DNA of 64,000 nucleotides from an uncultured Alphaproteobacteria bacterium (GCA_944391485.1 CALXTQ010000018.1:22619-86618), one strand, 5' to 3'; shown: positions 9,418-16,776, counted from the first letter of the stretch. The notes: generated by a model from the sequence alone, not told the origin. Translations and numbers: made by a program.

Positions 9418-10251
9418 ATGATCAGGAGCAATAAATTGGTTGCGAGCTTAATAAAATTATCATCTATTATACATTTTGAAAATATACAGGACTACAAAAT
9501 ACACCTTGCCTCAACAGATGGTCAGAGTGAGCCTCTAGATATTTTTTTAACTGATAAAAAGAGATGGATAGGATGGAATGAGTATAAACCACAAACTAAT
9601 GCTTTTAACCGAAAATATATTATTTCTTTTGTAAATGTGTATTATGAAAAAGACACTTGGCTGTTCAGCGGAATTTATGAAGTTTCGGATATAAAAGATG
9701 ACAGGTATGTAATCCACGAAATGCCTTTGTATAACGAATTTATTGGCAGGTTAAAAGTAAATTTGAAATTTTGCGGCAGAAACCGTCGGTTAAATTTTGA
9801 AACCGTTTTTGATGAAATGTATGTAAAAACTATTTTAGAAGAACCTGTTAAATTTAAAAATTTTAAAAATTATAATTCTGTCAGTGTTAGTTATGCAGAT
9901 TTAAAATTTATTATTGATAACCAATTACCGGACTGGCATACGGCATTGCAAAACATTTACGGGGTATATTTAATAAAAGACAAAAATAATGGTAAAGAAT
10001 ATGTCGGCTCGGCGTGTGGTGGCTGTGGAATATGGAACAGATGGAAAGATTATGTTGCAGATGGACATGGTGGAAATAAAGAATTAAAAAAAATTATCAA
10101 AGATAAAGGTTTTGAATATATACAAAATAATTTTCATTACACTTTGCTAGAGCAAATTTTAAATACAGCCTCAAATGAATATGTTATTTCCCGAGAAAAT
10201 TATTGGAAAGAAGTTTTATTATCTAGGAAATTCGGATACAATTCAAATTAG
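9418..10251 (+). CDS. GIY-YIG nuclease-domain protein (C-terminal GIY-YIG, uncharacterised N-terminal domain)
   Basis: GVYLIKDKNNGKEYVGSA...RW..Y...GN..L...RENYWKEVL...GYN matches the GIY...YIG...R...E...N layout. 277 aa, AT-rich. Confidence 0.65.
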   Translation: MIRSNKLVASLIKLSSIIHFENIQDYKIHLASTDGQSEPLDIFLTDKKRWIGWNEYKPQTNAFNRKYIISFVNVYYEKDTWLFSGIYEVSDIKDDRYVIHEMPLYNEFIGRLKVNLKFCGRNRRLNFETVFDEMYVKTILEEPVKFKNFKNYNSVSVSYADLKFIIDNQLPDWHTALQNIYGVYLIKDKNNGKEYVGSACGGCGIWNRWKDYVADGHGGNKELKKIIKDKGFEYIQNNFHYTLLEQILNTASNEYVISRENYWKEVLLSRKFGYNSN

Positions 10252-10259
10252 GCAACAAA

Positions 10260-10514
10260 ATGAAATACTTCATATTTTTTATAGTTTTAATATTTTCAGC
10301 GCAATGTTTTGGGAATGATTGTCATAATATAAAAGACAATGACCTAAAATATCTTTGCCTGAGTAGAAAAAAGAATAATTCAGTATATTGTAACAGCATA
10401 AAGAATCAGGCTAAAAAACAATTTTGTTTGGCCGTTGTAAAAAATGAAAAAAACTATTGTTATTCTATCAATAATGAAGATTTAAAAAACTACTGTCTGG
10501 CAATGGTTGATTAG
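10260..10514 (+). CDS. small secreted Cys-repeat protein
   Basis: Signal-like N-terminus MKYFIFFIVLIFSAQCFG, then three repeats of roughly C-x-(S/N)-I-(K/N)-N-x4-K-x2-C-L. 8 nt after the GIY-YIG gene. Confidence 0.45.
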   Translation: MKYFIFFIVLIFSAQCFGNDCHNIKDNDLKYLCLSRKKNNSVYCNSIKNQAKKQFCLAVVKNEKNYCYSINNEDLKNYCLAMVD

Positions 10515-10540
10515 GATTTTAAATTGCCTCAATTTTTCTT

Positions 10541-10600
10541 CCCAATTCCTTAAAATCCTCATAATCCTGAGTCCGATACTCGCACAGTATCGCGCACCAT
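10541..10600 (+). repeat. junction module type C, copy 1 (ends ...AGTCCGATACTCGCACAGTATCGCGCACCA)
   Basis: Aligns with 12297-12357 and 13633-13684. Followed by its own hairpin plus T-run (10610-10636). Confidence 0.6.
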
Positions 10601-10654
10601 TTTTGAGATAGCACCTTTCAAGGTGCTTTTTTGTTATGTAAACCAAGCCTCCCA

Positions 10655-10770
10655 GCCAATCCGATTTTGGCGGTTTTGAAAAGAGCATTTTTTACAAAAT
10701 TATCGGACTTTTTGTGCGAAGGCTAAGAAAATCAAGCGTTTTGATAAATAAAATTCCCGTCCGATAACAT
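10655..10770 (+). repeat. junction module type A/B, copy 2
   Basis: Aligns with 9249-9364, including ATTATCGGACTTTTTG.GCGAA.GCTAAGAAAATCAAGC. Confidence 0.6.
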
Positions 10771-10771
10771 A

Positions 10772-11569
10772 TTATTTTAATAAGCTTTTTATAAATTTCT
10801 TTGCTAATTTATTCAAAAAATAGTTACTTCGTCGTTCAATTGGTTTTGTAAATCTGCATTTTGGATAGTTACTACATCCAAAGAAATCTCCATATTTTCC
10901 ACTTCTAAAAACTAAAGAATGCCCACACTTTGGACAAATCCCTTGTTGTATCATTTGTTCTTTTGTTGCAATAATATTATGTACTTCTGAAATATGTTGC
11001 CTCCTTGCTTCAGGAGATACAATGTTAAGTTGCGAAATTTTGTCATATAGTTTTTGAATATCGTTTTCCTGAAATTTTATATCAGTATATTCTTTTATTA
11101 GTCTATTAATCTGAGAGATATAAATTACATTGTAAGCTGTATTGACTCGTAAATCAGCCCTGTTTGAGAAAGCGATAATCGGTATAAAATTGTTAAAACT
11201 AATTCCTAATTGTTTGTTTAGGGCTAAAATATGAGCTTTATTTTGCTTAATTGGATTATAAAATTTATATTTGTTACCAAACATATTTTTAGTCCAGTAT
11301 TCTGAATTATCTGAACCTGTAATCCATCCTTTATAATTTTTTGTTTCAATAACAAATATTCCATAAATAGAAATAACAAGATGATCTATTTGGATAGTTC
11401 TGCCATTAGATTCAATTAACAGGTCATTAAATATTTTATACTTGTTAGAAGGAAGAAAAGAAATAATTGTCGCAACACTCTTCTCTCCCAAATATCCTTT
11501 AATTTTAGGTTGAAAAATCCTAAAAGTAATACTTGCTACAACAAGAAATATAAATAAAATTATTTCCAT
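10772..11569 (-). CDS. NERD-domain protein with C-terminal topoisomerase-type C4 zinc finger
   Basis: N-terminal TM helix. NERD-like core GYLGEKSV...IDHLVISIYGIFVIETKNYKGWI. C-terminal CPKCGHSLVFRSGKYGDFFGCSNYPKCRF. Confidence 0.7.
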   Translation of the reverse strand: MEIILFIFLVVASITFRIFQPKIKGYLGEKSVATIISFLPSNKYKIFNDLLIESNGRTIQIDHLVISIYGIFVIETKNYKGWITGSDNSEYWTKNMFGNKYKFYNPIKQNKAHILALNKQLGISFNNFIPIIAFSNRADLRVNTAYNVIYISQINRLIKEYTDIKFQENDIQKLYDKISQLNIVSPEARRQHISEVHNIIATKEQMIQQGICPKCGHSLVFRSGKYGDFFGCSNYPKCRFTKPIERRSNYFLNKLAKKFIKSLLK

Positions 11570-11572
11570 ATT

Positions 11573-12211
11573 TTAATTTTTCATAAAATCAGGAATTTTA
11601 CCGCATTTCTTTTCTATACTTTTAGGCAGCTCTTTTTCAAATTTTTCTTTCTCTGCGGCTGTTTTATCTCTTATAGCCATAAATTCATTTGTAATAAAAT
11701 CAACAACACAATCACACTTGTTTATATTAGCCTTTGTATTTTGTTTTTTATTGTTGATTACAGACAATTTACATTCATAGCGGACATCTTCCATTTTTTC
11801 ATAAAAACGCTCTAAATCTTCCTCTTTTGATGACGAACTAAATTCATAATCAAAACGTATGACAGGAACAGTTTTATGAGTTTTATTTTTTGTTTCATAT
11901 TTATAAACACCATCTTGAACAGCACACTTATTTTCAGGAGAAGAAACATACATTTCATCGTAATACTCTATATTGCGTTGCGGAGTTAATAAAACAACAG
12001 CACCGTTACAGTATGAGGAATCCCAATCTGCAGTACAAGCATTGGCTAAAGCATAATTATCTTCAAATACCTGAAAAACTTGAAAACGCTTCATATCCAT
12101 ACAATTAGGATTCTGTTCTCTATCAGAGTCCATACCTGACAAAACATTTATGGAAGACATTTGAGTGCAACCAAATAACATCAAAATAGTTGCTAATATA
12201 AACTTTTTCAT
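11573..12211 (-). CDS. lipoprotein of unknown function
   Basis: Lipobox MKKFILATILMLFGC. 212 aa. Lies 3 nt upstream of the NERD gene on the same strand. Confidence 0.55.
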   Translation of the reverse strand: MKKFILATILMLFGCTQMSSINVLSGMDSDREQNPNCMDMKRFQVFQVFEDNYALANACTADWDSSYCNGAVVLLTPQRNIEYYDEMYVSSPENKCAVQDGVYKYETKNKTHKTVPVIRFDYEFSSSSKEEDLERFYEKMEDVRYECKLSVINNKKQNTKANINKCDCVVDFITNEFMAIRDKTAAEKEKFEKELPKSIEKKCGKIPDFMKN

Positions 12212-12296
12212 AGTAACCTCTCTTTTTAAGTATACTACAAAAATAAATTTGGATTTTCAAATATATTCTTTCTCTTCAAACAGCTCAATCATCCTA

Positions 12297-12461
12297 CCCC
12301 AATCCTTAAAGTCCTCATAATTTTTAGTCCGATAACTGCACAGTATCGCGCACCATTAAAAAAGCCTCCCTTGTGGAGGCTTTTTTAATGGTTGTTTCGA
12401 GGTTAGAAGCGGACTTACGAAGTAATGTCCGGGGCGGATAGTTGGTAAAAACGAACGCCTA
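12297..12461 (+). repeat. junction module type C, copy 2, with 3' extension
   Basis: 12326-12461 matches 13654-13789 (136 nt) apart from 2 mismatches. Contains hairpin GCCTCC/GGAGGC plus T6 and hairpin CGGACTTAC-GAA-GTAATGTCCG. Confidence 0.75.
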
Positions 12462-12543
12462 ACCTTAGCGAGCAGCTTAGTTAGGCGTGAAGTTTGAACC
12501 TTACGGCGCGAAAGGGGCCCGCGGCACCGCCGTGGGAATTTAC

Positions 12544-12608
12544 ATTCTTACTGGCGGCACCATTTTTTAGATTTCCGCATTTATTGCGGATTTTTTGTTT
12601 TTAAACAA
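12544..12608 (+). repeat. attR-like copy of the tRNA-Thr 3' end plus terminator
   Basis: ATTCTTACTGGCGGCACCA followed by the same TCCGCA/TGCGGA hairpin. The 5' part of the tRNA is absent. Confidence 0.7.
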
Positions 12609-12610
12609 AC

Positions 12611-12675
12611 ACTTATTTAGTCCGATTTTGGTGGTTTTGAAATTGATGATTTTTGCGAAACCATCGGACTTTTTA
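12611..12675 (+). repeat. junction module type A/B, copy 3 (partial)
   Basis: TTATTTAGTCCGATTTTGGTGGTTTTGAAA...CCATCGGACTTTTT aligns with the start of copies 1 and 2. Confidence 0.5.
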
Positions 12676-12821
12676 CCTCAATAATGCAAATTATTGACTT
12701 TTTAGGAAAATTATCTCATAAATTAATTGTCACTTGGGATATTTGTATCCAAGTGATTTTTTTTGCTCTGAATTTCTTCAGGGCTTTTTTTATTTTAAAT
12801 GAATAACGATGGAGGAAAATT

Positions 12822-13226
12822 ATGAATTTAATACAATATATAACCCAAGCAGATCCTGAAGAGAAAATTGTCTCAAGAAAAAACAGTCCTTGGAACAATA
12901 CTAAGAATTGGTACAACGAATATAGCAAAATAAATAAGCTTGCTGATGATAGTGTGACAGATGAAAATAAACATCAGTATATGAGTTGTCTGGCAGGAAA
13001 AGGCGGAAAGTTGGAGGCAACAATTGGTTGGAGTACGGGACTGATTAAAGAAGCTAAAGACTTAGCCCAAAAGATTCCAAACACTGAGACCAGAAGGCGT
13101 TATGGCGGAGTTGGCAATATTTTCAAAGATAGCGCTAAGGACATAACCAATAATTGGAAAGGTTTACACTATGGCTTGGAAAATAAAGGTAAATGTGTCA
13201 ATTTGCTTGAAAGAAAACTTCCTTAA
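12822..13226 (+). CDS. hypothetical protein with weak serum-amyloid-A-like motif arrangement
   Basis: 134 aa. NWYNEYS...DENKHQYMSCLAGKGGK...DSAKDITNNWKG loosely parallels SAA W.AYSDM...[20 protein letters not shown]...DSLADQAANEWG. By-eye similarity only. Confidence 0.4.
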   Translation: MNLIQYITQADPEEKIVSRKNSPWNNTKNWYNEYSKINKLADDSVTDENKHQYMSCLAGKGGKLEATIGWSTGLIKEAKDLAQKIPNTETRRRYGGVGNIFKDSAKDITNNWKGLHYGLENKGKCVNLLERKLP

Positions 13227-13289
13227 TTGACGATTTTTTAAATTTGTGAGAATATCTCTGTATACTTATAATGCTTGGGGTATTCTCAC

Positions 13290-13595
13290 ATGAAATCTAA
13301 AGTTAAATCTTTATTGTTTTGGGCGTTCTTCTTTTTTCTGTTAATTTGCTTAATGTTTTGGGGGGTATTTTTCTTTATAAATACTGGAAATTTCTATTAT
13401 TTTATGGGACGTCTTGTTGAAATTTCGGGCTACTTATTCATTGCTGCGTATGTTGTTTTTACAATTCTTATCTTTACCCATAAATTTCCGGAAAGAATAA
13501 AACGATTTGAAAAGTTTAGATATCTGGGGGTAATGGTTTTGTTAATTTTTATTGAAATCTTCGTGATTGTTTCCGCTCTTCCTGATTTAGATTGA
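13290..13595 (+). CDS. small integral membrane protein (about 3 TM helices)
   Basis: ATG at 13290 (the track uses TTG at 13275). Hydrophobic segments LLFWAFFFFLLICLMFWGVFFFI, ISGYLFIAAYVVFTILIF, LGVMVLLIFIEIFVIVSAL. Confidence 0.45.
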   Translation: MKSKVKSLLFWAFFFFLLICLMFWGVFFFINTGNFYYFMGRLVEISGYLFIAAYVVFTILIFTHKFPERIKRFEKFRYLGVMVLLIFIEIFVIVSALPDLD

Positions 13596-13632
13596 AGTTT
13601 TCTGCACCCACCTCCATTTTTCTTGTTAATTG

Positions 13633-13789
13633 CTTAAACTCTTCATAGTTTTCAGTCCGATAATCGCACAGTATCGCGCACCATTAAAAAAGCCTCCCTT
13701 GTGGAGGCTTTTTTAATGGTTGTTTCGAGGTTAGAAGCGGACTTACGAAGTAATGTCCGGGGCGGATAGTTGGTAAAAACGAACGCCTA
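13633..13789 (+). repeat. junction module type C, copy 3, with 3' extension
   Basis: See 12297-12461. Marks the right edge of the AT-rich region. Confidence 0.75.
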
Positions 13790-13901
13790 TATCACTAAGC
13801 TAATATCGGGATATTCTCACATGAAAACTAAGTTTAAGGCTTGTTTTTTCTAAGGTATATCCTATAATTTTACTTCAGATTTTATATAGAGGAGTTGCAA
13901 A

Positions 13902-14567
13902 GTGATTATTAAAAATATTTTTTGGGATGTCGACGGAGTTTTGGCTAATTTAAACTATGCCTATTATAATTTTTTGACCAAACATCCCAAATATGCTCCC
14001 AGATACGGAAATATCAAATGGGAGGAATTGCCTGAGGTTCTACCGATTGTTCCCAAATACGGCGCTTTGGAGCTTAAAACCCACCCCGAACTTGGCGTGG
14101 AAATGGACTATGATTTTTGCCATTCTCCGGAATTTTTTACCAATCGTCCGCTTTATCCGCATGTGATTGAAACGCTTAAGGAGTTTCATGATAAAGGTTA
14201 TCGTCAGTTTACGATGTCTGCCACTTTTGATGTGGAAACCAAAAAGCGCTTTCTAAAGCAATTGCTCGGCGAGGTTACGGACTTTTTGACAATTGAATGT
14301 GTGCAGCACGGCAAATTTATGCATGATTCTGCCAAAGAAGATATGCTCAAGAGCTGTTTTGAAAAATACGGCTTAAAAGCGGATGAAACAATTTTGGTTG
14401 ATGATCGTATCTATAATCAATACGCGACAATCAATGTCGGCGCGCATCCCGTTCGTTATCGCTGCGAATTTACAACGGATCTGCCGGAAGATCTTAAGTG
14501 GATTCCTGAAGTCAGAAGCATGGAAGAACTTAAAGACTGGCTGGCTGCTAATACGACAATGGAATAA
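13902..14567 (+). CDS. HAD-superfamily hydrolase (5'(3')-deoxyribonucleotidase-like)
   Basis: GTG start with AGAGGAG 7 nt upstream. HAD motif I FWDVDGVLA and late VDDR aspartate motif. Confidence 0.55.
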   Translation: MIIKNIFWDVDGVLANLNYAYYNFLTKHPKYAPRYGNIKWEELPEVLPIVPKYGALELKTHPELGVEMDYDFCHSPEFFTNRPLYPHVIETLKEFHDKGYRQFTMSATFDVETKKRFLKQLLGEVTDFLTIECVQHGKFMHDSAKEDMLKSCFEKYGLKADETILVDDRIYNQYATINVGAHPVRYRCEFTTDLPEDLKWIPEVRSMEELKDWLAANTTME

Positions 14568-14596
14568 TAAAAAGACACCGTTTAGGTGTCTTTTTA
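14568..14596. terminator. bidirectional terminator between the HAD gene and kdsB
   Basis: A-run, stem GACACC/GGTGTC, T-run. Confidence 0.7.
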
Positions 14597-14605
14597 TTAT
14601 GACGG

Positions 14606-15379
14606 TTATTTAATCCATTGCAAGGCTGTTTGATATTCCTCCGGCGTGTTAATGTCAGCCGGAGCCTGGTCAATCAGCTTGATGTTGTCTACAATGCGGG
14701 CGTAGATACTCATGCCGTTTTCCAAGGCGCGGAGCTGCTCCAAAGACTCCCTTTTTTCCAAAATGCTGACCGGAAGGCCGACAAACTTTTGCAAAGAAGA
14801 GGCTTTATAAACATAAATGCCGATATGATGATAAAAATCGTGGTTTTCACATTTCTGCGGATCACGGATAAACGGCGCTGCGGCACGGGTAAAATACAGG
14901 CAGCGTGCTTCCTGTTCGCCATTTCTCAAACCCATGACGATTTTAACCATACTTGGATCGGTAATGTCTTTTTCATTCTTAAAAACCATGCCGCAGGTAG
15001 CGATATCGCAGTCGGTGCGCTCAATCATCTCGATCAGCGAGAGATTGACTTTGGGGTCCACATTAAGACCATCCCCCTGAAAATTAACAACAATATCATA
15101 CTTTGAGCCGTCCGGATCAATCTCTTTTAAGGCAGCGGCAATACGGTCCGTTCCGCTCGGAAGGCTTGGGTCTGTCAAGATGGCTTTGGCACCGAATTCT
15201 TCCGCTTCTTTAACCAAAACCTCATCGCCGGCAGCAATAACGATATCTCCGGGAACATCTTTACGGACATTTTCATATACCCGCTGCAAAACTGTTTTGC
15301 CGTTAACATCCAAAAGCGGTTTGTTTGGCAGACGTGTTGAGGCCATACGAACGGGAATCATGGTAATTATTTTAGACAT
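14606..15379 (-). CDS. kdsB: 3-deoxy-manno-octulosonate cytidylyltransferase (CMP-KDO synthetase)
   Basis: IIPVRMASTRLPNKPL N-terminus, NFQGDG, HIGIYVY, LEQLRALENG. Confidence 0.9.
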   Translation of the reverse strand: MSKIITMIPVRMASTRLPNKPLLDVNGKTVLQRVYENVRKDVPGDIVIAAGDEVLVKEAEEFGAKAILTDPSLPSGTDRIAAALKEIDPDGSKYDIVVNFQGDGLNVDPKVNLSLIEMIERTDCDIATCGMVFKNEKDITDPSMVKIVMGLRNGEQEARCLYFTRAAAPFIRDPQKCENHDFYHHIGIYVYKASSLQKFVGLPVSILEKRESLEQLRALENGMSIYARIVDNIKLIDQAPADINTPEEYQTALQWIK

Positions 15380-15607
15380 GCTGATCCTTTCCTTATTATC
15401 TGAAATAGCCGTATTATATAATAGTATTTGCCTAAAATAAAGTTGTTTTTATAATCTTACCAGAAGAGTTTGAACTACATGATTTTTAAGGATATTATTG
15501 ACAAGGATCTTATAAAATAAAAGATTTAGGCGATAGCAACTTGCGATATTTTGTTTTGTGCTGTATACACATTTTAGGTGTAAAATCTAAAAAGAAAGGA
15601 CTGACAG

Positions 15608-16024
15608 ATGATTCGCGAAAAAATTGCTGAAGTTTTTATTGAAATAAGACCCATAAATGCCCCGAGAGAGGAGGCAGACAGAAACTGGAACGGGATACAG
15701 TTTCCCAAATTCGATATCGACAGCAGGTATGAGGGATGTTTTGTAAATTATACTGATGTCGTTACTCAAAACGGAGCGGCAATGTCGAAACAAACCTCGG
15801 CATTATATGTAAAAGAGAAAGAAAATGATAAAAATCTGATGAAATTCTATTTTGCTGATGTTCTTGACACAATGGCATTTCAGACAGGTTTTCTTTTTAC
15901 CCACAAACAGACTGTCGAAGATAACATAGCTTTCTTGAAGAAATACGTTATTGAGATAATAACAGAAAACATCACTTCCTTTAAGGCAGGATGCTATGAA
16001 GTCGAGTTTGTCGTAAAGTCCTGA
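15608..16024 (+). CDS. hypothetical protein
   Basis: 138-aa ORF with AAAGGA upstream and a strong terminator downstream. No recognisable motif. Confidence 0.4.
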   Translation: MIREKIAEVFIEIRPINAPREEADRNWNGIQFPKFDIDSRYEGCFVNYTDVVTQNGAAMSKQTSALYVKEKENDKNLMKFYFADVLDTMAFQTGFLFTHKQTVEDNIAFLKKYVIEIITENITSFKAGCYEVEFVVKS

Positions 16025-16042
16025 CGTCCTAGGGAAATTGCA

Positions 16043-16079
16043 AAAAGAAACCCTCAAGACCGAAAGGCTTGAGGGTTTT
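16043..16079. terminator. bidirectional terminator
   Basis: Stem CCCTCAAG/CTTGAGGG (16051-16075) flanked by an A-run and a T-run, between convergent genes. Confidence 0.7.
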
Positions 16080-16080
16080 G

Positions 16081-16776
16081 CTATACATTTTCCTTTTCAA
16101 AATTTTTCAGAAACTCAATCCACTCCTTTAAATTTTGTTCTCTGAAAAATTCATAAAGGAACTTTACCATTGTCTTATGGCGTCTTTGCGCCTCTTTTTT
16201 TCCGACTTCTGTCTGCATCGCGTTTTTCAGCTTCAGCAGCTTGTCGAAAAAATGATTGATGCTGTTGTTTTCCTTTCGAGACAGATCCTTATATTCAGCG
16301 GATGTCAAATTTTTTTTAGGAAAACAGTCTGCGTCAAATAATGGCCTCTGAACCCAGGAACCGAACAGAATAGCCCGGCAAATCCCTATGGATCCGATTG
16401 CGTCCAGTTTGTCCGCATCAAACAGCAGCTGCATTTCCAGTGTTTCCAACTTTGGTTTGCTGCCCGTGGTCGCGAAATCGATTGAGGCAATCGTATTTGT
16501 GATTGTATCAACCATATCTCTGGATAAGCCGAGGCTTTGCAGAAAAGTCCTGGCTTTTTTGCCGTCGGGATTCAGCTTCCTGTCGTCAATGTCATGCAGC
16601 AGCGCGCTCATTTCGACGATGAATTTGTCTGCTTCGGGCGCTTTTTTCAGCAGAGCTTTTGCATTGGCAAAAACTCTTTTAATATGCTCAAAATCATGCC
16701 CGGATTTCTCTCCGTCATGATGTTTCTTTGCAAATTCATATGCTTTTTCAATTAGAGATTTTTCGATTTTTTTCAT
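16081..16776 (-). CDS. HD-domain phosphohydrolase
   Basis: HDFEHIKRV ... LLHDIDDRK ... FDADKLDAIG metal-ligand pattern (H..HD..D). Confidence 0.7.
   Translation of the reverse strand: MKKIEKSLIEKAYEFAKKHHDGEKSGHDFEHIKRVFANAKALLKKAPEADKFIVEMSALLHDIDDRKLNPDGKKARTFLQSLGLSRDMVDTITNTIASIDFATTGSKPKLETLEMQLLFDADKLDAIGSIGICRAILFGSWVQRPLFDADCFPKKNLTSAEYKDLSRKENNSINHFFDKLLKLKNAMQTEVGKKEAQRRHKTMVKFLYEFFREQNLKEWIEFLKNFEKENV

Larger units (their letters stand above)
9177..12562. mobile_element. AT-rich integrated element at the 3' end of tRNA-Thr, bounded by a direct repeat of the tRNA 3' end; no integrase gene
   Basis: ATTCTTACTGGCGGCACCA plus the terminator hairpin (9177-9241) recurs at 12544-12608 with one substitution. 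Spot counts of 60-nt lines give about 25-30% G+C inside and 50-65% in flanking genes. Carries four ORFs of accessory type. Confidence 0.55.
12563..13853. mobile_element. second AT-rich segment (remnant cassette) between the attR-like repeat and core genes
   Basis: Same base composition as the element to its left. Ends with a type C module plus extension (to 13789) and a truncated duplicate of the 13290 gene start (13808-13853). Confidence 0.4.

Noticed and set aside
10541-10600. Type C modules (ending CGCGCACCA) as 3' halves of another tRNA
   Set aside because: With ACCA as discriminator plus CCA, the preceding 17 nt (TCCGA-TAATCGC-ACAGT) cannot form a T-arm. Only the AGTCCGAT octamer is tRNA-like.
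10482-10688. 68-aa minus-strand ORF whose peptide NGARYCA(S/V/I)IGL(R/K).M(R/K).L recurs in all three type C modules
   Set aside because: The apparent peptide conservation follows from the nucleotide repeat. The three copies stop at different places within a few codons and run through terminator hairpins upstream, so a non-coding repeat is the better explanation.
12430-12562. Possible (two-piece) tmRNA: GGGGCGGATAG... start and an ...ACCA end nearby
   Set aside because: The 5' GGGGCGG cannot pair with either candidate 3' acceptor strand (ATCGCGC or TGGCGGC). There is no G-U third pair, no T-arm, and no tag reading frame ending in an Ala-Ala-stop-like sequence in any frame I translated.
9196-13797. 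Classical integron cassette array
   Set aside because: There is no intI gene and no R''/R' GTTRRRY core sites that I could find. Cassettes hold two genes each, and one pair is inverted. The repeats are unlike attC in organisation.
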